53,836 bases of DNA from Candidatus Proteinoplasmatales archaeon SG8-5 (GTDB taxonomy: Archaea > Thermoplasmatota > Thermoplasmata > SG8-5), in assembly GCA_001595885.1 (NCBI GenBank), contig LSSH01000059.1, forward strand, positions 1 to 53,836. The letters are read 5' to 3'. The notes under the pieces were generated by a model, which was not told the origin of the DNA, made no database searches, and saw only the letters and a list, made by a program, of their open reading frames with translations. Position 1 is the stretch's first letter; each line of letters begins with the position of its first letter. A program made the position numbers and the translations under genes. This document shows positions 45,976-53,836 of the stretch, piece by piece.

Positions 45976-47166
45976 TCAGCACTCCGCTAGCGAATCGAAT
46001 ATTCTCTCTGCCAGCTCGGCCTTCGTCCCCGTGAACCTGACCACCTTTTCCCCGGGAGAAAGGATAAGCACCTTAGTGTCGTCCTCCCCGACATCATCAA
46101 GCAGGTTGGCAACAATCATGTCAAGTCCATACTCCTTCATCCTGTGCCGCGCCCTCTTCTCCAGCTCGGGCTCGGATATGCCAACCTCCGCTTTGAAACC
46201 GACTATCCTGCCGTTGTTCTTCGCCCTGAGGACCCTGATTATCTTCTTTGCTGGTTTAAGGGTAAGGGAAGCCGACTCGGAAGACGATATCTTGCCTTCG
46301 GTCTTCTCGACGGTGAAGTCGGAGATCGCGGCCGGCACTATGATTATGTCAGCCCGAGCCTTATTCACCATATTCTCCAGGTCTCGAACGTTAGAGAATA
46401 CCTTGCACTCGAGGCTTCCGGGCACTTCGATGCCACGTGCCGCCCAGACCTCGACCCGGGCCCCCCGTCGATGAGCTTCGAGGGCGAACTCGATGCCCGT
46501 CCTGCCGCTTGAAGAATTGGTGATGAACCTAACATCGTCGATGGGCTCTCTTGTCGGGCCTGTGATCACGAGGACCTTACGATTTTTTAAGTCGCCGGGT
46601 CCCAGGACCCTCGACACGGCTTGGACGATTTCGTCCTGAGCCGCCATCTTGGCCTTCTTCTCCTCCATGACCGGCCCCACAAACCCAACGCCCAGCTTCT
46701 CCAGCCGCTTGATATTGTCCTTGATGATGTCGTGCGTGTACATCGTCGTGTGCATGGCCGGCACGATGACAACGGGCATCCCGGAGCCGAGGGCACAGCT
46801 GGCCATAGTGGTAACGGAAGTGTCATCGACACCAGTGGCGATCTTGGAGATGGTGTTGGCGGTTGCCGGTGCGATGAGCAATAGGTCAGCCCTCCCCTTT
46901 GACTCTCCGCAGAGCTCCACATGCTTCACGGCGCCGTCCAGCTCTATTATCGGTTCGTGACCGGTGGCAAAATGGATTGCATCCGGATGAACGATGCTGA
47001 CCGAGGAGGCGGACATGACCGGAATGACCTCTGCGCCGTGCCTGGCAAGCTCCCTGGCCAGCTTAACGCATTCCACGGCGGCGATGCTGCCCGTGATGCC
47101 CAGCACTATGCGCTTTCCCTCGAGCCTCGAGGATTGTGAAGACCTTATCTCGTTGATGGGGTGCAC
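45976..47166 (-). CDS. coaBC: Bifunctional phosphopantothenoylcysteine decarboxylase / phosphopantothenoylcysteine synthetase
   Basis: GKRIVLGITGSIAAVE flavoprotein domain, PAMHTTMY, and the C-terminal DFP domain ITNSSSGRTG. Confidence 0.9.
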   Translation of the reverse strand: MHPINEIRSSQSSRLEGKRIVLGITGSIAAVECVKLARELARHGAEVIPVMSASSVSIVHPDAIHFATGHEPIIELDGAVKHVELCGESKGRADLLLIAPATANTISKIATGVDDTSVTTMASCALGSGMPVVIVPAMHTTMYTHDIIKDNIKRLEKLGVGFVGPVMEEKKAKMAAQDEIVQAVSRVLGPGDLKNRKVLVITGPTREPIDDVRFITNSSSGRTGIEFALEAHRRGARVEVWAARGIEVPGSLECKVFSNVRDLENMVNKARADIIIVPAAISDFTVEKTEGKISSSESASLTLKPAKKIIRVLRAKNNGRIVGFKAEVGISEPELEKRARHRMKEYGLDMIVANLLDDVGEDDTKVLILSPGEKVVRFTGTKAELAERIFDSLAEC

Positions 47167-47453
47167 GTTTGCCCTTAGATTGGCTCTGAAATATAAACTT
47201 AACTAATATGACCAGCAATGATATGACTGGGAATCCTGTTTGATAATAATAAAGCAACATTTAATAACCAAATAAATTCATTGGCGACCTGTTCCATGAT
47301 GACAAGGCGAACTGTGGTTCTGCAATTGGTATGATTTGAAAATGTTTGCATAAACTCCAGTTCGTGAATGAAAGGGACAATTCAGATGTAATAAGTGTAC
47401 GGAGTATCGATAATTAACAACAGCTTAATATCGCATGCACGTTTATGGAATCT

Positions 47454-47529
47454 GTTCCATGATGACAAGAGGGTCAGCGGAGTTGAATGTAACATTCATG
47501 CGATGAAGAACCCTATGAGTGCTGAGAAC
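47454..47529 (+). ncRNA. Candidate C/D-box sRNA (atypically long internal loop)
   Basis: 5' GTTC, C box ATGATGA (47459-47465), degenerate D' CGGA (47478-47481), hairpin TGAATGT-A-ACATTCA, C' ATGAAGA (47503-47509), 12-nt guide ACCCTATGAGTG, D box CTGA (47522-47525) and 3' GAAC closing stem. Confidence 0.4.
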
Positions 47530-47626
47530 ATAATATCGCATTCTGGGCCAGTACCGAGTGCCCCCCTCAACGTTTATATAAAATAACTTTATTAGGCCTT
47601 CACCCCACGGTACTGGAGTAATAAGG

Positions 47627-48025
47627 ATGGTCGAATTCAAAGCGAACATATCTGACCCGAAGACGGGAAAGTCGTATCAGAGCATGATCAGCGGCAACCA
47701 GGCGAACGCCATCCTGGGGAAGAAGATTGGGGATAAAATTGACGGCATCTTCGTGGAAATGCCGGGGTATAAGCTCGAGATAACGGGCGGAAGCGACAAG
47801 GACGGGTTTCCGATGAGGAGGGACCTTCCAGGTCCCAGAAGGAAGAAGCTGTTGATTTCCAAGGGTCTAGGATTCGATCCCCACATGCAAGGTGAGAGGC
47901 GCAGGAAGAACATGAGAGGGAACACGGTATCCCCCGACACCGTCCAATTGAATCTGAAGGTCACTACCAGGGGACCGAGGAAAGTGGAGGAGCTCCTCGC
48001 CAATAAGGAAGAGGAGGCAAAATGA
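47627..48025 (+). CDS. rps6e: Ribosomal protein S6e
   Basis: [11 protein letters not shown]...[28 protein letters not shown]. Confidence 0.93.
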   Translation: MVEFKANISDPKTGKSYQSMISGNQANAILGKKIGDKIDGIFVEMPGYKLEITGGSDKDGFPMRRDLPGPRRKKLLISKGLGFDPHMQGERRRKNMRGNTVSPDTVQLNLKVTTRGPRKVEELLANKEEEAK

Positions 48026-49254
48026 AGGTCGAGAGTCAGCCGGAGGTCAACATCGGGATGATTGGGCACGTTGACCACGGCAAGACGACCCTCACGAAAG
48101 CCATCACTGGGGAGTGGACGGACCGTCATTCTGAGGAACTCAAGCGCGGCATCTCCATCAAACTCGGATACGCGGACGCCTGTTTCTACAAATGCCCAAA
48201 GTGCCAAGGCGTCGAGGCTTACACGACCAAGAATAAGTGCCCCAAGTGCGACACCAAATCCGAGCTGATCAGGTGCGGTTCCTTTGTTGACGCTCCCGGT
48301 CACGAGACCCTCATGGCGACCATGCTTTCGGGCGCCGCCATCATGAACGGCGCTCTTCTGCTCATAGCTGCGAACGAGAAGTGCCCGCAACCCCAGACCA
48401 AGGAACACCTCATGGCTCTGGAGATATCGGACGTCAGGAACATCATCATAGTTCAAAACAAGATAGACATCGTGACCGAGGAGGAGGCCCTCGAGAACTT
48501 CAAACAGATCAAGGAATTCATCTCCGGAACACTGGCGGAAAACGCCCCCATCATCCCGATCTGCGCCCACCACGAGGAGAACATAGAGGTCCTGCTGGCA
48601 GCGATACAGGACACCATCCCGAGCCCGGAAGTAGACGAGAACCAATCCCCAAAGATGTTTGTGGCCAGATCTTTCGATGTAAACACACCAGGCAACCGAC
48701 CGGACGACCTCGTCGGCGGCGTCCTCGGCGGTACGTTATCAGCTGGATTGATCCATGTAGGCGATGAGATAGAGATAAGACCTGGCCTGAGATCGGAGGT
48801 GAAGGGCAAGACGGTGTGGGAACCGCTGATAACCACCGTGGAATCCCTTCATGCGGGCGGGCGCCCTCTCAAGGAGGTCAGACCCGGCGGTCTCATAGCG
48901 ATAGGCACCAAGCTCGATCCCTCTATCACCAAATCGGATTCACTGATCGGCAGGATAGCCGGGGCGCCCGGAGCCCTCCCAGAATCGCTTCACAACTTCT
49001 CGGTGGACGTCAACCTCCTGGACAGGGTCGTGGGCTCGTCAAGTGAGGAGGAGGTCGAGGACCTAAAGACCAACGAGCCGCTGATGCTGAGCGTGGGGAC
49101 GGCGACGACGGTCGGAATTGTAACGAGCGCGAGGGACAACATTGCAGACGTCAAGCTCAAACTTCCTGTTGCGGCCGAGAAGGACCAGAGAGTGGCCATC
49201 AGCCGAAGGATATCCGGCAGATGGAGATTGATAGGCTACGGAATCATCACATGA
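48022..49254 (+). CDS. eif2g: Translation initiation factor aIF2 gamma subunit
   Basis: [15 protein letters not shown], the zinc knuckle CPKC...CPKC, DAPGHE, and NKID. ATGA overlap with rps6e. Confidence 0.95.
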   Translation: MKVESQPEVNIGMIGHVDHGKTTLTKAITGEWTDRHSEELKRGISIKLGYADACFYKCPKCQGVEAYTTKNKCPKCDTKSELIRCGSFVDAPGHETLMATMLSGAAIMNGALLLIAANEKCPQPQTKEHLMALEISDVRNIIIVQNKIDIVTEEEALENFKQIKEFISGTLAENAPIIPICAHHEENIEVLLAAIQDTIPSPEVDENQSPKMFVARSFDVNTPGNRPDDLVGGVLGGTLSAGLIHVGDEIEIRPGLRSEVKGKTVWEPLITTVESLHAGGRPLKEVRPGGLIAIGTKLDPSITKSDSLIGRIAGAPGALPESLHNFSVDVNLLDRVVGSSSEEEVEDLKTNEPLMLSVGTATTVGIVTSARDNIADVKLKLPVAAEKDQRVAISRRISGRWRLIGYGIIT

Positions 49255-49622
49255 TAAAGATTGTGGCCGACACAAACGCCCTTCTCATGCCTTTTCAGAC
49301 GAACTTAAACATCGATGCTGAACTGGACAGGCTTGTGGGAAATCACGAGTTAATCATACCGGAACCGATCATCGGCGAGTTGGAGAGGCTTGCCGGGTCA
49401 TTGCGCGAGGCAAAGGCCGCCTTGAAACTGGCAAGGTCCAGGCAGATTATTCCCACCAAATCTTCTGGGGACGATGCCGTCCTTGAACTCGCCCAGAAGG
49501 AGAAGGCCCACATCATTACAAACGACAAGGACATTATAAAGAAGGCTCAGGAAGCGGGGCTGGCCGTCATTCGGTTGAAAGAGGGCTCCCGCTTGGCAAT
49601 GGAAAACGAATGGGTCGACTAA
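49251..49622 (+). CDS. PIN-domain protein (conserved partner downstream of aIF2-gamma)
   Basis: [14 protein letters not shown]... and [12 protein letters not shown]. The ATG overlaps the eif2g stop (ATGA). Confidence 0.75.
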   Translation: MIKIVADTNALLMPFQTNLNIDAELDRLVGNHELIIPEPIIGELERLAGSLREAKAALKLARSRQIIPTKSSGDDAVLELAQKEKAHIITNDKDIIKKAQEAGLAVIRLKEGSRLAMENEWVD

Positions 49623-49628
49623 GACCGC

Positions 49629-50249
49629 TCAGTCGGTGAAGGTCTCGCCCTTCTCGTAATTCTCCTTCAGGTGATTGAGTATGACATCACGGTTGCGCTT
49701 GAGGTGCGAATCATACCACACCCTGACAACATCCGCCAGTATTGCGTGGAATTGTTCGAGGCTGAGCTTTTTCACGGGCGTATCCAACAACACGTACTGT
49801 CCGTAGATCCTCTTCCAGCCAGAATACTTGTAGTAGTGTTCCCCCTCACAGAATTCAAAGGTCAGCATGGCGTTTGTGGCGTTCTTCTCGGTGTAGAATC
49901 TCAGCTTGAGCGTGTCACCGACACGACCCTGGTCCCTTGTCCTGTCAATTAGCTGGATCAGGTTAATGCTGCCGAAATCGAAGTTGTCCTTCAGCGACCA
50001 TTCGTACGGATACCGTTCGAACTGGGCGAACAGGGTGTGTGAAGGCTCCATCGAAAAGTGAATGTTGATCCTCTCGAACCTGAGCAGTATCTTCCAGAAG
50101 TCCGAAACAAGGATCTTGTTCAGGTCGTCCTTCTCCGAGGTCTGCTCGCCGTCGCTCTTCATTGCGGTTTCCGTCTTCTTGTCCAGTTCCTTGTCCAAGA
50201 CTTCAAACCAGTCCTCACTCTTGCCCTGTTTGGCAGCCATAATTACCAC
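49629..50249 (-). CDS. Hypothetical cytoplasmic protein
   Basis: 206-aa ORF with coding-like composition. I recognised no motif. Confidence 0.5.
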   Translation of the reverse strand: MVIMAAKQGKSEDWFEVLDKELDKKTETAMKSDGEQTSEKDDLNKILVSDFWKILLRFERINIHFSMEPSHTLFAQFERYPYEWSLKDNFDFGSINLIQLIDRTRDQGRVGDTLKLRFYTEKNATNAMLTFEFCEGEHYYKYSGWKRIYGQYVLLDTPVKKLSLEQFHAILADVVRVWYDSHLKRNRDVILNHLKENYEKGETFTD

Positions 50250-50408
50250 TTTGTCGGTGAATAGGATACGGACATATAAAAGTTATGTAATGGCTGCCGC
50301 ACGTTCGATGCAGCCAGGCATGATAGGAAACGCGCTTTCGTAATAAAATCACATACCAGAAATGCTTTTATATCAATCTCACTTACGCACATCTCCAACG
50401 GTGAAGCA

Positions 50409-50792
50409 ATGGCACTGTGGCAGGGTAAATCAAAGAGGAAGCGGACGGGCGGCCGCTACAGACCGATACGGAAAAAGAGGAAGTTCGAGATCGCACCAGA
50501 GGTCCAATTCACCGTCATCACGGACGAGAGGAATACAAAAGGCTACAGAACCCGCGGCGACAACAAGAAAATGCGTCTTATGACAGTCGTTCGGGCCAAC
50601 GTCTTTGACCCAAAATCCGGCAAGGTCAGGAACACCAAGATCCAAACCGTCAAAAGCAACCCGGCGAACCCGAATTATGTCCAGAGGAACATCATAACCA
50701 AGGGCGCGATGATACAGACCGAACTGGGCCTGGCAAGGGTGACATCGAGACCGGGTCAGGACGGAATCATCAACGCGGTCCTCGTCGGGTAG
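50409..50792 (+). CDS. rps8e: Ribosomal protein S8e
   Basis: WQGKSKRKRTGGRYRPIRKKRKFE...NPNYVQRNIITKGAMIQTELG. Confidence 0.93.
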   Translation: MALWQGKSKRKRTGGRYRPIRKKRKFEIAPEVQFTVITDERNTKGYRTRGDNKKMRLMTVVRANVFDPKSGKVRNTKIQTVKSNPANPNYVQRNIITKGAMIQTELGLARVTSRPGQDGIINAVLVG

Positions 50793-50802
50793 GTGTGGTC
50801 CG

Positions 50803-51108
50803 ATGGTGAGAACCAGGGCAGACCACATAGTTCTCTGGCCGAGTTATTTTGATACCAGGAAAAGCCGCTCGGAGGGCCGGCGCACACCGAAGAACCAGTC
50901 CATCGAAAGCCCCTCGGCAGAGGAGGTGCACAAAGCGGTTAAGAGACTGGGATTCAAAGCTACAATTGATCCGAGCAAGTCACATCCCAATGCCTGGTGG
51001 GAGAAAGAGGGTCTTGTACGTGTTGAGAAGACCATCTCCAAGGCGGAGCTGATAAGCCGTGTGGCTGCCGAGTTGAAAAGTACAGAGGGCAATCGCAAAC
51101 TCCAGTAG
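50803..51108 (+). CDS. srp19: Signal recognition particle protein SRP19
   Basis: IVLWPSYFDTRKSRSEGRRTPK...EVHKAVKRLG. Confidence 0.88.
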   Translation: MVRTRADHIVLWPSYFDTRKSRSEGRRTPKNQSIESPSAEEVHKAVKRLGFKATIDPSKSHPNAWWEKEGLVRVEKTISKAELISRVAAELKSTEGNRKLQ

Positions 51109-51111
51109 CCC

Positions 51112-51402
51112 CTATCCGTCTTGCGGCGTCTTAACCTCATCAACAAGCTTCTTGCCAGACGACACGCTGTCGACCGAGTGAATCACGGCACCGCACTCAC
51201 CGATCACCTTTTTCACCGACTCAAAGTCTATTGAATGGCCTTCGATGGTGATCTTGATGCTCTCCGTTTCTTGGTCGACCTCGTCAAGAGTGCAATTCAC
51301 TCCAGAAATCCCCTCTAGCTGCCCCACCTTCTGGGACACCTCAATGATCGAAGGGTTGTGTGGCTTCAGCACATCGAGGACTAATCGTTTTATATCAGAC
51401 AA
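51112..51402 (-). CDS. DUF211-family conserved archaeal protein
   Basis: IKRLVLDVLKPHNPSIIEVSQKVGQLEGISGVNCTLDEVDQETESIKITIEG. Confidence 0.7.
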   Translation of the reverse strand: MSDIKRLVLDVLKPHNPSIIEVSQKVGQLEGISGVNCTLDEVDQETESIKITIEGHSIDFESVKKVIGECGAVIHSVDSVSSGKKLVDEVKTPQDG

Positions 51403-51516
51403 TATAGGTCCCTGCCGATTTCAACATAAAGGGTCAAGTATATGAAACTTACTAAACCTATTTGCTCAATAGTTAAATAGTGCGAGCCTATAACCAATGA
51501 AACCTGGTGAGGAAGC

Positions 51517-52545
51517 ATGATACGTTTTGGTCCCTCTGGTATTCCCCTTTCCTGCAAAGGAAGAACATTGAGGGACGGAATCGAGGATGTACACACCCTG
51601 GGATTGACCGCCCTCGAAATTCAATTGGTAAGGACCAACACGGTAGAAAGGTACGCGACCGACGAGGACATTGGCAGAGTACCGAATGACATAACCGATG
51701 AACTTGTCATCGAGGTTCTCAGAGGGAGCGGCAAGAGGCGGACGATCGTTGATTTCAAGGAGAAGATAAAGAAGGGTGACGTCATCTGCACGATGATCAA
51801 CCCGATCGCCCACAATTACCAACATCTCAAAGAACTGGGGGAGATTGCCAGCAACCTCGATGTAGTGCTCTCTCTACACACCCCTTATTACATGGACCTC
51901 GTGGCAAACAACGACCTAACACAAAACAGTCTGGACAGCATAAGATGGGGCGGCCTCCTCGCCCAGGAGATGGGGGCCACAATCGTTGCGACCCACCTGG
52001 GCATGTATGGCAACCTTTCCAAAAAAAAGGCCACCAAGCGCATCATCGATAATATCAAGTTCCTACAGGACTGGTTCGATGAAAGGAAGATCAAGGTCCC
52101 GCTGGGCCTTGAGACGAGCGGCCGGCAGGAGATATTCGGCGATTTCAAGGAGATAATCAAGGTTTGCGAGGAGGTCAAGGGCCCGGTACCTGTGCTGAAC
52201 TTCCCCCACATCCATGCAAGGGGTAATGGAGCACTGAAGAAAAAGGAGGACTTCCAGGAGCTGTTCGATAAAATATCGAAATTCTCCTCCAAGTACCACT
52301 ACACCCATTTCTCAGGCGTTGAACACGAGGACGGGAACGAGATCAGGTACACACCCATCAAGAAGGGGGACCTCAAGTTCGAACCCCTGGCCGAATGCAT
52401 ACTGGACAATGATTTTGACATGACCATCATATCCGGCTCACCACTGCTGGAACACGATGCGATGTATATGAGAGTGATAATGGAGAGGGTCCTGGCCAAG
52501 CGGGAGGCAAAGGCCGAAAGGCAGAGGAAGAAGGATAAAAAGTGA
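51517..52545 (+). CDS. Xylose-isomerase-like TIM-barrel protein (AP endonuclease family 2 / endonuclease IV-like)
   Basis: MIRFGPSGIP N-terminus, LTALEIQ, ATHLG, LGLETSG, and FPHIHARG. This pattern is typical of the fold. It carries an insertion and a Lys-rich tail. Confidence 0.55.
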   Translation: MIRFGPSGIPLSCKGRTLRDGIEDVHTLGLTALEIQLVRTNTVERYATDEDIGRVPNDITDELVIEVLRGSGKRRTIVDFKEKIKKGDVICTMINPIAHNYQHLKELGEIASNLDVVLSLHTPYYMDLVANNDLTQNSLDSIRWGGLLAQEMGATIVATHLGMYGNLSKKKATKRIIDNIKFLQDWFDERKIKVPLGLETSGRQEIFGDFKEIIKVCEEVKGPVPVLNFPHIHARGNGALKKKEDFQELFDKISKFSSKYHYTHFSGVEHEDGNEIRYTPIKKGDLKFEPLAECILDNDFDMTIISGSPLLEHDAMYMRVIMERVLAKREAKAERQRKKDKK

Positions 52546-53093
52546 GGGAGAACGTGGAGGAAGCCGAGAAACACATAATAGAGCGCATTACCCAAACCCT
52601 TGAAGCCAGCGACGTCAAGGAACGGGACCAGTTCATGGATACGATACTGGCCACCGACAAGATATTCATTTATGGGGTCGGCAGGTCTGGTCTTGTTGCC
52701 AAGTCCTTTGCCATTCGCCTAGTGCAACTCGGCCTAAAGGTGTTCTTCATCGGCGAGACGGTTACACCGATTGTCGAACCCAACGACCTCGTCATCATCA
52801 TCTCGAACACAGGTCAGACTATGTCAGCAGTGCAAACGGCAAACATAGTCCGCAGGGTGGGGGCGACGGTGGTTGCCATCACCTCCAGGGACCACTCGAA
52901 ACTCGCCCACGCGGCCAGCGTAGTAATTCATCTTCAGACCGGAACAGCAGATGAAGACAGTGAACTGGCTCCATTGGGCACGGTGTTCGAAGACAGCACT
53001 CAAATATTCCTCGACGGAATAGTCTCGAACCTGGCAAAAAAGATGGGCGCGTCCGAATCGAAGATGAGAGCGCGGCATTCCATCTGGGTATGA
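52542..53093 (+). CDS. 6-phospho-3-hexuloisomerase-like SIS-domain protein
   Basis: IFIYGVGRSGLVAKSFAIRLVQLG, VIIISNTGQT, and VVAITS. The GTG start overlaps the upstream stop. Confidence 0.75.
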   Translation: MRENVEEAEKHIIERITQTLEASDVKERDQFMDTILATDKIFIYGVGRSGLVAKSFAIRLVQLGLKVFFIGETVTPIVEPNDLVIIISNTGQTMSAVQTANIVRRVGATVVAITSRDHSKLAHAASVVIHLQTGTADEDSELAPLGTVFEDSTQIFLDGIVSNLAKKMGASESKMRARHSIWV

Positions 53094-53104
53094 GCAATCG
53101 TCGT

Positions 53105-53283
53105 TGACGATTGCGATTACTCCCCGCCCACTCCGAAATTATGAAAGGACCGCTCAGCCGTGAACCGACGATTGCGATTACTTCCCGCCCACCCCGAAAT
53201 TATAAAAGGACCGCTCAGCCGTGAACCGACGATTGCGATTATTCCCCGCCCACCCGATTATGAGAGAACGCCCAGCTGTGAAA
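53105..53283. repeat. Three tandem copies of a 61-bp unit (the third is degenerate)
   Basis: Units start at 53105, 53166 and 53227: (c/t)GACGATTGCGATTAC(T/C)CCCGCCCAC(T/C)CCGAAATTAT(G/A)AAAGGACCGCTCAGCCGTGAAC. A decaying tail motif GTCGTGAAT lies at about 53308. Confidence 0.9.
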
Positions 53284-53441
53284 TGAAGAGGGCAAAGGCC
53301 CCCTCGGTCGTGAATCACGAGAGAGGCTGATTTTGGGAAAAACTTATAGAAGAGCGGAGGATTGCCAGGCTAGGGTTTAGCTTGGACGACTTCGAATATG
53401 AGTTGGACGAGATCAGGAAAAGAAAGATGGAGGAATTGGCG

Positions 53442-53786
53442 ATGAGCGAGAACACGGAAGGGTGGCCGAACAAGCCGGTAGACATCACTGATGCGGAGTT
53501 CTTAGATTTCATTAAAAGATATGAGTTCACGGTGGTCGACTGTTGGGCTCCGTGGTGCGGACCATGCCGCTTGCTCGGGCCCGTCATCGAGGAGCTGGCG
53601 TCTGAATACGAGGGCAGGGTGGCCTTCGGAAAGCTCAACACCGATAACAACCAGGCGACGGCACTGGCCCACGGCATAATGAGCATTCCAACATTGTTGT
53701 TCTTCAAAGGAGGCGAGCTCGTGGACAGGACAACGGGGGCCCTGCCCAAACCTGTGCTCGAGGAGAAGCTCCAGGAACACCTCTGA
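53442..53786 (+). CDS. trxA: Thioredoxin
   Basis: DCWAPWCGPC active site and SIPTLLFFKGG. ATG at 53442 lies 8 nt after GGAGG. The ORF is open from TTG 53382, so the start is uncertain. Confidence 0.88.
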   Translation: MSENTEGWPNKPVDITDAEFLDFIKRYEFTVVDCWAPWCGPCRLLGPVIEELASEYEGRVAFGKLNTDNNQATALAHGIMSIPTLLFFKGGELVDRTTGALPKPVLEEKLQEHL

Positions 53787-53801
53787 ATCGGCGGAACGCA
53801 A

Positions 53802-53836
53802 ATGGACGAACACGAATTGATAATAATCGGCGGCGG
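53802..53836 (+). CDS. N-terminal fragment of an FAD/NAD(P)-binding oxidoreductase, probably thioredoxin reductase (runs off the window)
   Basis: MDEHELIIIGGG... is the start of a GxGxxG dinucleotide-binding fold, immediately downstream of trxA. Confidence 0.5.
   Translation, partial: MDEHELIIIGG

Noticed and set aside
47289-47390. The first copy of the 18-nt C-box repeat as a complete C/D sRNA
   Set aside because: There is no CTGA D box, no 12-nt-spaced C'/D' boxes and no closing stem downstream. Only the second copy is listed as an ncRNA candidate.
47677-48645. A 322-aa ORF antisense to rps6e and eif2g. Similar long antisense ORFs lie at 16406-17266, 18798-19553, 8218-8931, 8364-8936, 7191-7610 and 39656-40141.
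   Set aside because: Each lies entirely opposite a confidently identified, motif-bearing gene. Their translations are Arg/Gly/Pro/Leu-rich with no recognisable motifs. These are the usual shadow ORFs of moderately GC-rich coding DNA.
53105-53283. Possible CRISPR array, because of regularly repeated units of about 60 bp
   Set aside because: The units abut directly with no unique spacers. The unit is longer than typical CRISPR repeats, and no cas genes or leader are present. It is reported as a tandem repeat instead.

Overview
This window is a core chromosomal segment from an archaeon. Diagnostic genes are archaeal r-proteins L7Ae, S28e, L24e, S6e and S8e, plus aIF2-gamma, Orc1/Cdc6, TiaS, pantoate kinase, SRP19 and a type II GAPDH. 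The 16S 3' end is GAUCACCUCCU, matching GGAGGUGA-type ribosome-binding sites, and many start codons have a TATA box about 26 nt upstream. The stand-alone 16S gene and overall gene content suggest an uncultured Thermoplasmata-like lineage, but that is inference only because no search was possible.

I support about 55 CDS, one complete 16S rRNA with no 23S, 5S or tRNA-Ala attached, an SRP (7S) RNA, tRNA-Asp(GUC) and one candidate C/D-box sRNA. I found no CRISPR array, transposase or integrase.

Most of the window is housekeeping: translation, tRNA modification, CoA biosynthesis and an Orc1/Cdc6 origin region. Features not explained by ordinary annotation:
- a four-gene cell-envelope cluster (about 14.9-20.2 kb) built around a polytopic-membrane tandem AAA+ ATPase with complementary degenerate Walker motifs;
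- a Lys-rich mini-protein, HDAC-family deacetylase and HerA-type ATPase gene string (41.0-44.9 kb);
- two genes whose conserved N-termini lie upstream of any canonical start codon (tiaS, and the exported protein at about 14.94 kb);
- a 3 x 61-bp tandem repeat in which each unit carries a TATA-like core (53.1 kb);
- an 18-nt C-box-containing repeat pair, one copy of which folds into a C/D sRNA architecture (47.3-47.5 kb);
- a low-GC island next to the Cdc6/ORB region.

All functional calls come from reading motifs in the translations. No database search was run, so family names are best recollections and gene starts are approximate.
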